From a virus (Duplodnaviria; Caudoviricetes), in IMG/VR virus record IMGVR_UViG_3300025120_009741, positions 1-33,291 of that record: DNA of 33,291 nucleotides; one strand, written 5' to 3'. Positions 9,647-18,154 of the stretch are shown here, piece after piece. The notes under the pieces were generated by a model that saw only the letters and a list, made by a program, of their open reading frames with translations, did not search any database and was not told where the DNA came from. A program made the translations under genes and the position numbers. Numbering within the stretch: position 1 is the first letter of the stretch; each line of letters opens with the position of its first letter.

Positions 9647-10371
9647 TAGGGAATAGTGGAGATAAAGTATTTCTCCAAGGTAATAAAGTAATTAAAGAAG
9701 CAGGTCATTATCCAGAAAAGTTTAAACAACAAATGGAATTTCTAATGTGCTGTGATCATCCTAACTTTATTGATGTTAAACCTTTATCAGAAACAAGTTA
9801 TGAAATGAAAAGGTTTCCAACTTGGTATGATAAGATATTAGTTCAGCCTATAACAAATTCATTAGATCAATTAGAGTCTTTAATTTCAATAATAGGTAAA
9901 TTTGACAATGTAGGATCTGATGTTAAAACAGAATCTTATTTTGAAAAGTTACAATTAAGAACAGGATATACATATGAAGGTACCTTTGATGCAATATCTG
10001 CATGGGGATTTGTTCATGGTGATTTAACAGTAAGTAACATTCTTCATGATTCTGACTTCTTATTTATTGATCCAAGAGGAACTGAAGAACAAAACTATTA
10101 TGATTATGGAAAGCTTATGCAATCATTTGTAATGGAATATGAGTCCCATATATACAATAACCCTAATAAAAAATATAGTAAGTTCTGTAAAGAAGCTGAA
10201 AAAATAATGTATGAATGGTGCGATGAATATCAACTTAAATTCTTTTTAGCTGTTCATTTATTAGGAGCAGTACCTTTCTTTGAGTTAAATGAAAGATATG
10301 AATTAGCAGGATCTTTCCTTAAAAAAGGGCATGAATTATTTGATGAATTAGAAATAAAGTATAGTAAATGA
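9625..10371 (+). CDS. APH/choline-kinase-like phosphotransferase (probable sugar kinase)
   Basis: GNSG Gly loop, catalytic HGDLTVSNIL, FIDPRG, YDYGKL. Confidence 0.78.
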   Translation: MHNSKILIGNSGDKVFLQGNKVIKEAGHYPEKFKQQMEFLMCCDHPNFIDVKPLSETSYEMKRFPTWYDKILVQPITNSLDQLESLISIIGKFDNVGSDVKTESYFEKLQLRTGYTYEGTFDAISAWGFVHGDLTVSNILHDSDFLFIDPRGTEEQNYYDYGKLMQSFVMEYESHIYNNPNKKYSKFCKEAEKIMYEWCDEYQLKFFLAVHLLGAVPFFELNERYELAGSFLKKGHELFDELEIKYSK

Positions 10372-11072
10372 AAAGAGTAAGTAAAGCAATTATATTAGCG
10401 GCCGGCCGCTCAACTAGGTATGGCAAAAATAAATTAGTAGATCCTATCTTAGGAAAGTCAACAGTTGAATACTGTGTAGAATTTTGTATGGAGAATGGAA
10501 TAGAGGATTGTTATATTACAATCAGTAAAGCAGATTTCTTTTTTAAAGATAATGTAAAACTTTCTCATCCTATTATTGAAAAGTTAAGTAAATACAAAAA
10601 AGACATTAACATATTTTATGAATTCCAAAAGGATGATGAATATGGTCCAGGTGCAGCTATAAAGGTATGGGCAGATAAATTTGATGAAGCATTCTTATGT
10701 TTATTTGGAGATAATTATTATCAAGGAAATATAGGATTAGAATATCATGATCCAAACAGTACAGTTGTAACTTATAAAGATTATGATACAAGAGCAAGAA
10801 ATTTACAACTTGCATCTATACTAGAAAATGTTGTTATTGAAAAACCTCATGGAATTGTTTCGGGTAGATACTTCTGTGGTTATATGATATTTTCTAAAGA
10901 AGCATTCAATAATCTTGACAGTATTAAAATGTCAAATAGAAATGAATATGAAATTACTCATTTGATTAATTCAATGAATAATTTAAAGTTCGAAGAACTA
11001 AACATATGTTGGTATGATTTAACATATGAAAATGATAAAGAAGTAATAGAAGATTTAATTCAAAATTGTTAA
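10368..11072 (+). CDS. Sugar-1-phosphate nucleotidyltransferase (RmlA/GalU-like NTP_transferase)
   Basis: KAIILAAGRSTRYG, K, Q..GPG.A, LFGDN, EKP, SNRNEYEIT, WYD. Confidence 0.85.
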   Translation: MKRVSKAIILAAGRSTRYGKNKLVDPILGKSTVEYCVEFCMENGIEDCYITISKADFFFKDNVKLSHPIIEKLSKYKKDINIFYEFQKDDEYGPGAAIKVWADKFDEAFLCLFGDNYYQGNIGLEYHDPNSTVVTYKDYDTRARNLQLASILENVVIEKPHGIVSGRYFCGYMIFSKEAFNNLDSIKMSNRNEYEITHLINSMNNLKFEELNICWYDLTYENDKEVIEDLIQNC

Positions 11073-11073
11073 A

Positions 11074-12318
11074 ATGGAAAATGTAAAAAAAGTAGGTTTC
11101 TTTAAGCTTGGTAAAGCGATTAAGTTTAATGAAAATAGTTGGGGAGCAATAGGAGGAGATTGCGAACCTAAGCAATTAATTAATTCAATTGCAAAAAGAA
11201 ATCCTAATATTGATTATTGGTTATTAAGTCCAAATGATTTAGGTAGAGTTAGAGCAAAAGAAAAACCAGCGGTTCAATCACTATTCGGTCCTCCTGTTGA
11301 AACTGAATCTGCTGCACCACCAAATGTAAAAGAATTCCACTCTACAATGACTGATAGGAAATCAGCTGATGAAGCTGCCCAAAACATAAAAGATTTAGAT
11401 TTAGATTTTATCTTTTTCTATACTGGGCCATCAAGTACAGTTAACATACCAGATTTTATTAATAAGGTTGATGGAACTGGGAGAGTTAAATCTTTAGACT
11501 TTTTTAAGTACTATGCAGCTCCAATAATTAAAGCAATGAATGAATTGGAAAAGAAAGTTCCTATTGTTGGTTTACTTGTAGATAACCGATACATTTTAGC
11601 ATGTAAAGATTGGAATGATAATAATAGACCAACATATTACTTAGCACAAAATACTTTTACAAAAACAGAAGAGTTCTTTTGTAATCCACCTTTAAGAGAT
11701 ATTAAGACAATTGAATCTACTTATGAATATTCTGGAATTGAAACTGTATTTCTTTTAGATAAAAAGAGATATGACACTGATGAATTATTTGAAATGAAAA
11801 AGACTAATTCATTTATGATGTTACAAAACCAAGGGAAGGGTTCGGGTGGAATGGACCGATGGGATCCTGTTAGAGATTATGTTGTAAAGAATGATATTAA
11901 GACTGATATTTATGGAAAATGGGATGAAGAATTAAAGAAAGAGTACCCTCAGTGGTTTAAAGGTGAAAAAAGAATTGAATCAATGACCGATGAATTACTT
12001 TCTACTAAGTATACATTCTGTGTACCTATTAAAGAAGGAATGGTAACCTCTAAGTATGCCGAAATGCTACACTATGGTATTATACCATTCTTACACCCGT
12101 CTTACGATACTGACTTTAATGTCTTTCCTGATGGCCATTTCATTAGATGTAAATCTCCGGAAGATTTAAAAAAGAAAGTACAATTTTTAAATGATAATCC
12201 TGATCATTATAAAAAATTATTTTACAACTTACAGGAAAAATATTTAAAAGATTCTTATTATAGTGGAGAACATGTAGATAATAAGATCTGGGAAGCTTAT
12301 AATAAAATAACAAACTAA
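11074..12318 (+). CDS. GT-B glycosyltransferase resembling T4 DNA beta-glucosyltransferase
   Basis: Collinear resemblance by eye to T4 BGT: LLVDNR...W..NRP (T4 LFTDIR...W..NRP), YEYSGIE (FEYFPIE), DIYG (EFFG), VTSKYAEML (ITLRVWETM), YDT (FDT). Confidence 0.65.
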   Translation: MENVKKVGFFKLGKAIKFNENSWGAIGGDCEPKQLINSIAKRNPNIDYWLLSPNDLGRVRAKEKPAVQSLFGPPVETESAAPPNVKEFHSTMTDRKSADEAAQNIKDLDLDFIFFYTGPSSTVNIPDFINKVDGTGRVKSLDFFKYYAAPIIKAMNELEKKVPIVGLLVDNRYILACKDWNDNNRPTYYLAQNTFTKTEEFFCNPPLRDIKTIESTYEYSGIETVFLLDKKRYDTDELFEMKKTNSFMMLQNQGKGSGGMDRWDPVRDYVVKNDIKTDIYGKWDEELKKEYPQWFKGEKRIESMTDELLSTKYTFCVPIKEGMVTSKYAEMLHYGIIPFLHPSYDTDFNVFPDGHFIRCKSPEDLKKKVQFLNDNPDHYKKLFYNLQEKYLKDSYYSGEHVDNKIWEAYNKITN

Positions 12319-12323
12319 AAACT

Positions 12324-13343
12324 ATGTATAACTCACAAACAAAAATCCTAGTTACCGGTGGTGCTGGGTTCGTTGGTACTAATTTCATCAATGATCTTTT
12401 AAATCGAGGACACAATCCAAAATGTATTGCTGTAATTGATAATATGGAACATGGTACTTATATACCTAAAGTACATGATAAAATAGAAAACTTTCATAGA
12501 GTTGATATTAGAAATCAATTCGTGGAAACCATTATAGAAAAATTTAATCCTGATTATGTTTATCATTTTGCAGGTTTAGTTTCAATTTATGATTGCCATG
12601 AAGATGTATATGAAGCAGTAGATAATAATATCTTAGGAAGCATTAATGTAATGAATGGGTGTCTTAAAGCAGATGTTAAAAGAATTATATTTAGTGAAAC
12701 TTCAGCTGTATATGAAAATTGTGAAATGGGAGAAGGTGGTTATAATGAAACTCAATCAGATCCTACAACAATTTATTCTACGACTAAAGCATGTCTTGCT
12801 CTATTAGCAGAATCATATCATAGAACTAAAGGATTAAATTATACAGCACTTAGATATTTTAATGTAGCAGGACCTTTACAAGATTATGAAAGAACTATAC
12901 CACCAGTATTTGCTGGTTTTATCCTAAGAATTAAAGGTGGTCGTAATCCTATTGTGTTTGGGGATTATATGAAAGCAAGAGATTATATTGATGTATCAGA
13001 TGTTAATGCGTTTCATATCCTTTGTATGGAAAATGAAGACACTGCAAACCAAACATTTAATCTAGGAACTGGTAAAATGACTAATCTAATGGATCTTAAA
13101 AATCTGATTGCAGATATTATGGATGTTAAAGTTGAATTTGATCATTATGATGCAATTGCAGGTGAAGCATTAAATTCATACGGAGATATATCTAAAGCTA
13201 AATCTATGGGATGGGAACCTAAAAAAGATATAACTGATACAATTAAAGAAACTATTGTATATTTAGAAAATGAAATAGAAGAAGGTAACATTGATCCTTT
13301 TACATTCATGGAAGATTTAGAAATTGAAAAAGTAAAAATATGA
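12324..13343 (+). CDS. NAD-dependent nucleotide-sugar epimerase/dehydratase (extended SDR)
   Basis: ILVTGGAGFVG, HFAG, YSTTK (YxxxK), LRYFNVAGP, RDYIDVSD, FNLGTG. Confidence 0.9.
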   Translation: MYNSQTKILVTGGAGFVGTNFINDLLNRGHNPKCIAVIDNMEHGTYIPKVHDKIENFHRVDIRNQFVETIIEKFNPDYVYHFAGLVSIYDCHEDVYEAVDNNILGSINVMNGCLKADVKRIIFSETSAVYENCEMGEGGYNETQSDPTTIYSTTKACLALLAESYHRTKGLNYTALRYFNVAGPLQDYERTIPPVFAGFILRIKGGRNPIVFGDYMKARDYIDVSDVNAFHILCMENEDTANQTFNLGTGKMTNLMDLKNLIADIMDVKVEFDHYDAIAGEALNSYGDISKAKSMGWEPKKDITDTIKETIVYLENEIEEGNIDPFTFMEDLEIEKVKI

Positions 13344-14608
13344 GCAAAGAAAAAGAATTAAAATGGGGTACTATGATTCCGTTAATCGGAGGTAGTGCAA
13401 TAGGTTGTAATAAAGCAACAGGTAATTTACCAGCATTTCATTTAAGTTATGATGCATTTGCTGCAAACGAAAGTCATATAGAAGATTATTGGCCAGATGT
13501 ACCTATGTATAGAATAGATCATGAAGAATTAGATATTCCTAATAAAACATTTGAACAAGTAGATTTTGTAAATTCTGTTTGTCCCTGTGCAGGTTTATCT
13601 CAATTAAATTCTGCAAGCGGTACTGCTGCATCAAGAGGTTCTGGTGCTACACAAAATCAATGGATGTATAATTCAGCAGAATATGTTCTGGAGAATGTTA
13701 AACCTAAAGTTCTTTGGGGAGAAAATGCACCAGGGCTTTTCACTAAAATGGGGGAGGGTGTTGTTGATAATCTTAAAGCCATCGGTGAAAAATATGGGTA
13801 TAGTTTTTCTTTAATTAAAACTAATACTGAATTACATGGAATACCACAGAGAAGAATAAGAACATTTTATTTCTTTTGGAATACACCTACAGTACCTATG
13901 TTAGGTTGGAAATTTAGAGAAAAGAAACATCTTATTGATTATCTTGCAGAGATACCAAAGGATGCAACACTACAAGATATGTTTATGGTTGCTGGGAAGG
14001 TAACAGACCATTATAAGCCTTATGAATTTGTATTAGAAAAAGAAGGTTTAACTCATGCTGAATTTGCTAAGAAGTTTGGTAAAGGTACTATAGCTCAATA
14101 TTTAGAAAAGCATGAATTACTTGATGAATGCATTAAATGGTTAGATAAAAATTATCATAAACAAGGCTTTTCTAATAAAAAATCTACAAAATCATTTGGT
14201 GATATGTTGGAGCATCAAAAATATAAAACAAGCCAAGGCTTAGGTTATTGGGACGCATCACCTCATTTCTTTAATGAAAGCTTTTCAGCTCTTATTGGTA
14301 GAAATATGTTTAATGGTGTACATCCAACAGAAAACAGATATCTTAACATTAGAGAAATGTTACACCTAATGGGATTACCGCTAGATTTTGGTATTAAAGA
14401 TGCAAGACAAGTTAATCATATTGCCCAAAATGTACCAGCAACAACTGCGATGGATATGGCTGTTGAGGTAAAGAAATTCTGTGAAGGTAATGCTAAGATG
14501 ACAAATTATACCTTTATGAAACAAGATAACACAAATCAAAAAATCTTAGTAACTGAAGAGTTAGGAGCAATACCTAAAAAGAAGTATAAAGTTAATAGTA
14601 CTTTTTAA
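13340..14608 (+). CDS. DNA cytosine-C5 methyltransferase-family protein with atypical SAM-binding motifs
   Basis: Motif IV PCAGLS, VI ENAPGL, VIII GIPQRRIRTF, IX RYLNIRE..LMGLP; motif I reads IPLIGG, motif X reads AQNVP. Confidence 0.85.
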   Translation: MSKEKELKWGTMIPLIGGSAIGCNKATGNLPAFHLSYDAFAANESHIEDYWPDVPMYRIDHEELDIPNKTFEQVDFVNSVCPCAGLSQLNSASGTAASRGSGATQNQWMYNSAEYVLENVKPKVLWGENAPGLFTKMGEGVVDNLKAIGEKYGYSFSLIKTNTELHGIPQRRIRTFYFFWNTPTVPMLGWKFREKKHLIDYLAEIPKDATLQDMFMVAGKVTDHYKPYEFVLEKEGLTHAEFAKKFGKGTIAQYLEKHELLDECIKWLDKNYHKQGFSNKKSTKSFGDMLEHQKYKTSQGLGYWDASPHFFNESFSALIGRNMFNGVHPTENRYLNIREMLHLMGLPLDFGIKDARQVNHIAQNVPATTAMDMAVEVKKFCEGNAKMTNYTFMKQDNTNQKILVTEELGAIPKKKYKVNSTF

Positions 14609-14633
14609 AACTATATTAAATTAATGCATATAA
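14608..14633 (+). promoter_or_regulatory. Putative promoter AAAC-N16-ATATAA upstream of sliding clamp
   Basis: AAAC TATATTAAATTAATGC ATATAA. Confidence 0.55.
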
Positions 14634-14655
14634 CAATAAACAAATAATAAATTCA

Positions 14656-15405
14656 ATGGAAGCAACTATTAAAAAAATTGACGGTTACGAATTAAGTACA
14701 TTCGTCAAAAAACTTTTACCAATTGATAAATTCATTTTTATGAAAATTGGAAAGGAAGGAACCGTTTCATCTGTATACTTCCCAGAAAGGGATGCAGTGA
14801 AACTAGTATCAACACCAACATCTGATATCTTTGATACAGAAATAACTGACCCAGTAAAAGTTAGCTTTTATAACGGAAGTAAAGTTATAGATGCTCTGTC
14901 TCATTTTAATGGTGATGTACAAGGAAAGATTAAATATTCTGAAATTGATGGAGAATTAATGGCAAGTGATTTTACACTAGCTAATGATGATCTTCAAATT
15001 AACTTAGCATGTGCAGATCCATCTTTATCCTTTATGGAAATGAGTAAAGAGGAAACTGATCGTGCATTTGGAACTGATGGAAGTATATTTCAATTTGATC
15101 TCTTAACAACTCATGTAGATAAAATGAAATCATTATTTAATTTAGAAAGAGAAGAAGATACATTTACATTAGCTGTTAATGATAAAGGTGTTGCGGTACA
15201 AGGTCTTTCTTACGATGCTACATTAGCTCATACATATGAAGGAGAAGGTGCAGAAGGACAAAAGGTTGTTATTTATAAAAAATACGTTAACCTTTTAGAT
15301 AAAGAAAATTATAAAGTAATCGTTTGTAGTAATAAGGTAGTGTTCCGCTCCTTAGATACTAACACTCACTTAACTGTGGCTGTAGCGATAACTGATGAAG
15401 ATTAA
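14656..15405 (+). CDS. gp45: DNA polymerase sliding clamp (gp45-like)
   Basis: 249 aa, acidic, alternating alpha/beta two-domain pattern, LACADPS linker and NLL..NYKV.V C-terminal pattern; next to polymerase gene. Confidence 0.6.
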   Translation: MEATIKKIDGYELSTFVKKLLPIDKFIFMKIGKEGTVSSVYFPERDAVKLVSTPTSDIFDTEITDPVKVSFYNGSKVIDALSHFNGDVQGKIKYSEIDGELMASDFTLANDDLQINLACADPSLSFMEMSKEETDRAFGTDGSIFQFDLLTTHVDKMKSLFNLEREEDTFTLAVNDKGVAVQGLSYDATLAHTYEGEGAEGQKVVIYKKYVNLLDKENYKVIVCSNKVVFRSLDTNTHLTVAVAITDED

Positions 15406-15500
15406 TTCCTAACTTCATCTGGATAAAGGTAGTGAATAGATCCGATGGGTCCGATAAGGAAACGAAGCAGATAGCGAAACTACCTTTATCCTTTTTCTTT
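15394..15500 (+). other. Structured intergenic element: hairpin over the clamp stop codon, then a perfect 13-bp stem enclosing 45 nt, then a T tract
   Basis: GATGAAG/CTTCATC (15394-15419); GGATAAAGGTAGT (15421-15433) pairs with ACTACCTTTATCC (15479-15491). Confidence 0.6.
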
Positions 15501-15508
15501 TATAAATA
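15501..15508 (+). promoter_or_regulatory. T4-type late promoter TATAAATA
   Basis: Exact T4 late consensus 15 nt before ATG at 15524; gp55 present in window. Confidence 0.45.
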
Positions 15509-15523
15509 AAATAAAAACAAATC

Positions 15524-15772
15524 ATGGCATATGTAACTAATGTTGGTATAAGACCAATAGTAATAACAAATAATGGTTCTGAAACTATAACCTTTCAACA
15601 AACACCATGTACTTTTAAAGAAGAAGATGTTAATTTTGCAACAGAATATTTTAATCCTGTAACAGGTTTATTTGATTCTACTAAATCAACTCTTTACCTT
15701 GAAAGCGGAGAAACATTAGTAATTAATCAACCTTATACAACTACCTCAGCACAACTAATCGCTTTAAACTAA
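15524..15772 (+). CDS. Hypothetical protein, 82 aa, Thr/beta-strand rich
   Basis: ORF with A-rich leader filling the gap between clamp and polymerase C-half. Confidence 0.6.
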   Translation: MAYVTNVGIRPIVITNNGSETITFQQTPCTFKEEDVNFATEYFNPVTGLFDSTKSTLYLESGETLVINQPYTTTSAQLIALN

Positions 15773-15779
15773 AAATAGA

Positions 15780-16904
15780 ATGACAGAACTTACCGAGTTA
15801 CAAAAAATCAATAAAGAGGCAAGTAAGTTTTATAATTATGAGCAAGCCGTTAAGTTAATGCTCAACTCTATCTACGGTGCATTTGGTAATCCTTATTTTT
15901 ATTTCTTTAATGTTGATATAGCAGAAACAATTACACTTCAAGGTAAAGATGCAATTTTATATACTGAAGAATTACTTAATATGTATTTCAGTAAATATTG
16001 GCATAAAGATATTGCTGCTCATAAAGAAATGGGAATCACAGTAACAGGTAGAATAGAAAATCCTGTAGGTATTTATATTGATACAGATTCTGTGTATGTT
16101 AAATTTGATGAGGTAATAGAAAAATCTGAAGGTTGGGAAGGTGATGAAAAAGAATTTATATTAAAATTATATAAAGTTAGAGTAAATGGTTATTTAGAAA
16201 AGATACTTCAAAAATATGCTGATGATAATAATGCAGAAAACTTTTTATCATTTGAATTAGAAAGCATTGCAAAAAATGCAATATGGTTAGCTAAGAAAAA
16301 GTATATGCAAAACATTGTATGGAAAGATCCTGATATTCATTATGATGACTTATCTAAAATTAGTTCTAAAGGTTTTGAAATTATTCAATCATCAACACCA
16401 ATATTTGCTAGAGAAAAGTTAAAGGATTTATTAACCTACATATTTTCTGTTGATAAATTAGATATGAAAGCTTTTGCTGCATTGCTTAAAGATATTAAAA
16501 GACAATTTAAATTAGCTAATGTAGACCAAATATGTTTTTCAAGAAAAGTAAATAATTATCAAAAATATATTGTAAATGATTATGAAGCTTTTGAATTTGG
16601 ATCAAGGTGTCCAATCGGTGTAAGATCTGCAGGTTATCATAATTACTTATTAAATAATTCATCAGTAAAAGGTAAGTATCAACCTTTAGGAAATGGAGAA
16701 AAATGTAAGATGTATTTTTCTAAAGATAAATCATGCGATGTATTTGCATTTGCTCCTGGTGAATATCCTTATGAGTTTGCACCAGAAATGGATCATGATA
16801 GACAATTTGAAAAGACAATTTTAGATCCAATAAATCGTGTGGTAACTGCGATGGGATTTAAGGCATTTAACAGAAATTTGATTTACACCACAAGCCTCTT
16901 TTAA
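15780..16904 (+). CDS. gp43: Family B DNA polymerase, C-terminal subunit (motifs B and C, thumb)
   Basis: Motif B KLMLNSIYGAFG, TITLQG, motif C YIDTDS, KKKY, KGFE..SSTP, C-terminal SLF clamp-binding-type tail. Confidence 0.93.
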   Translation: MTELTELQKINKEASKFYNYEQAVKLMLNSIYGAFGNPYFYFFNVDIAETITLQGKDAILYTEELLNMYFSKYWHKDIAAHKEMGITVTGRIENPVGIYIDTDSVYVKFDEVIEKSEGWEGDEKEFILKLYKVRVNGYLEKILQKYADDNNAENFLSFELESIAKNAIWLAKKKYMQNIVWKDPDIHYDDLSKISSKGFEIIQSSTPIFAREKLKDLLTYIFSVDKLDMKAFAALLKDIKRQFKLANVDQICFSRKVNNYQKYIVNDYEAFEFGSRCPIGVRSAGYHNYLLNNSSVKGKYQPLGNGEKCKMYFSKDKSCDVFAFAPGEYPYEFAPEMDHDRQFEKTILDPINRVVTAMGFKAFNRNLIYTTSLF

Positions 16905-16907
16905 TTA

Positions 16908-16933
16908 AAACAAAAGGTAAAAAATCAATATAA
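16908..16933 (+). promoter_or_regulatory. Putative promoter AAAC-N16-ATATAA upstream of uvsX
   Basis: AAAC AAAAGGTAAAAAATCA ATATAA. Confidence 0.55.
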
Positions 16934-16951
16934 TAATAAACAAAAAATAAT

Positions 16952-18154
16952 ATGGCAAAGGAATTCTCATTCGCAGATTTAAACAAAGAAATGTCAAAGA
17001 TATCAGAATACGGTGATACTTTAGACAAATCAACAATATCAGAAATTGATCATTATATACCAACAGGAAATTTTCATCTTAACGCGTGTTTAACAGGATC
17101 TTTATTTGGTGGCTATCCTAATAATAGAGCAGTTGCATTAGCAGGACCATCAGGTACTGGTAAAACTTATCTTATTTTAAATGCAATTAAACAAGCACAG
17201 CAACAGGGTTATAGTATTGTATTTTATGATTCAGAAAACGCAGTAGACAAAACCTTAGTTGAAAAATTTGGAATTGATCCAACAAAATTTAGATATGAAC
17301 CTTGTAATACTGTTCAAGAATTTAGAAGTTCAGTAACTGCTATAACTGATGTATTAATTGAACAAAAGAAAAAAGGAATCGAATTACCAAAAATTATGGT
17401 AGTCTTAGATTCTGCAGGTAACCTTGCAACTCAAAAAGAAATAGATGATGCAAAAAGTGGAAGTAGTAAGGCTGATATGACAAGAGCTAAATTACTAAAA
17501 TCTACCTTTAGAATTATTATGACTCAGTTTGGTATCTGTAAAATACCTTTCTTATTTACTAATCATACATACCAAACACAAGATCTGTTTTCTAGGCAAG
17601 TAGGTGGAGGTGGTACAGGTCCAGAATATGCAGCATCCATTATTCTTTTCTTAGGAAAGGCTAAACTTAAAGAAGGCGTTGAGCAAACTGGAATTATTGT
17701 AACTGCTAAACCAAATAAAAACAGATTTGCAAAACCAACAAATATTAAATTTCATATTTCCTTTAATAAGGGTATGAATCCTTATGTAGGTTTAGAAGAA
17801 TACATTAGCTGGGATACGTGCGGTATTGAAAGAGGTAGGTTTATTACTGAAGGTCAATTCAATAAATTAACAGATATAGGAAAAGGTGAATGTAGAAAAC
17901 ATTCATTTAAAAAAGATAAAAAAGATATTACAGTTTATTTTCAACCTGCAGCAACAGCTAGGAAGATATGCGTAAAACATTTAAATGATTCCGTAGATTT
18001 AAATCAATTATATACAACTGAAGTTTTAACCGATAGTGTATTAAAAATGTTGGAACCAATCGTAGCAGAAAAGTTCACATACGGTGTTGATGAAATGAAA
18101 GCCGAGGATTTAACTAATATAATTTCTACTGAGGATGCTACCGAAACTGCTTAA
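16952..18154 (+). CDS. uvsX: RecA-like recombinase UvsX
   Basis: TG..LN..L.GSL.GG, Walker A GPSGTGKT, YDSE, VLDSAGNL, DMTRAK, NHTY, GGG. Confidence 0.92.
   Translation: MAKEFSFADLNKEMSKISEYGDTLDKSTISEIDHYIPTGNFHLNACLTGSLFGGYPNNRAVALAGPSGTGKTYLILNAIKQAQQQGYSIVFYDSENAVDKTLVEKFGIDPTKFRYEPCNTVQEFRSSVTAITDVLIEQKKKGIELPKIMVVLDSAGNLATQKEIDDAKSGSSKADMTRAKLLKSTFRIIMTQFGICKIPFLFTNHTYQTQDLFSRQVGGGGTGPEYAASIILFLGKAKLKEGVEQTGIIVTAKPNKNRFAKPTNIKFHISFNKGMNPYVGLEEYISWDTCGIERGRFITEGQFNKLTDIGKGECRKHSFKKDKKDITVYFQPAATARKICVKHLNDSVDLNQLYTTEVLTDSVLKMLEPIVAEKFTYGVDEMKAEDLTNIISTEDATETA

Noticed and set aside
13340-14608. Classical type II restriction-modification system
   Set aside because: No neighbouring endonuclease; flanked by a sugar epimerase and the sliding clamp
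4238-14608. Bacterial capsule/LPS locus (host contamination)
   Set aside because: Embedded in T4-like core genes with the same strand, composition and promoter motifs; lacks wzx/wzy/wzc or initiating transferase
15434-15480. Hammerhead ribozyme (CCGATGGGTCC...CGAA resembles CTGATGAGTCC...CGAAA)
   Set aside because: The core CUGAUGA is not conserved and stems I/III with an NUH site could not be built; kept only as an unexplained structure
1200-15850. Split intein or group I intron joining the polymerase halves
   Set aside because: No Cys/Ser-initiated intein N-block, no His-Asn C-terminal block, no homing endonuclease; both halves have their own start and stop
15524-16904. Readthrough fusion of the 82-aa ORF to the polymerase C-half
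   Set aside because: Different frames, TAA stop, no obvious slippery site; the C-half starts where the fingers helix is expected
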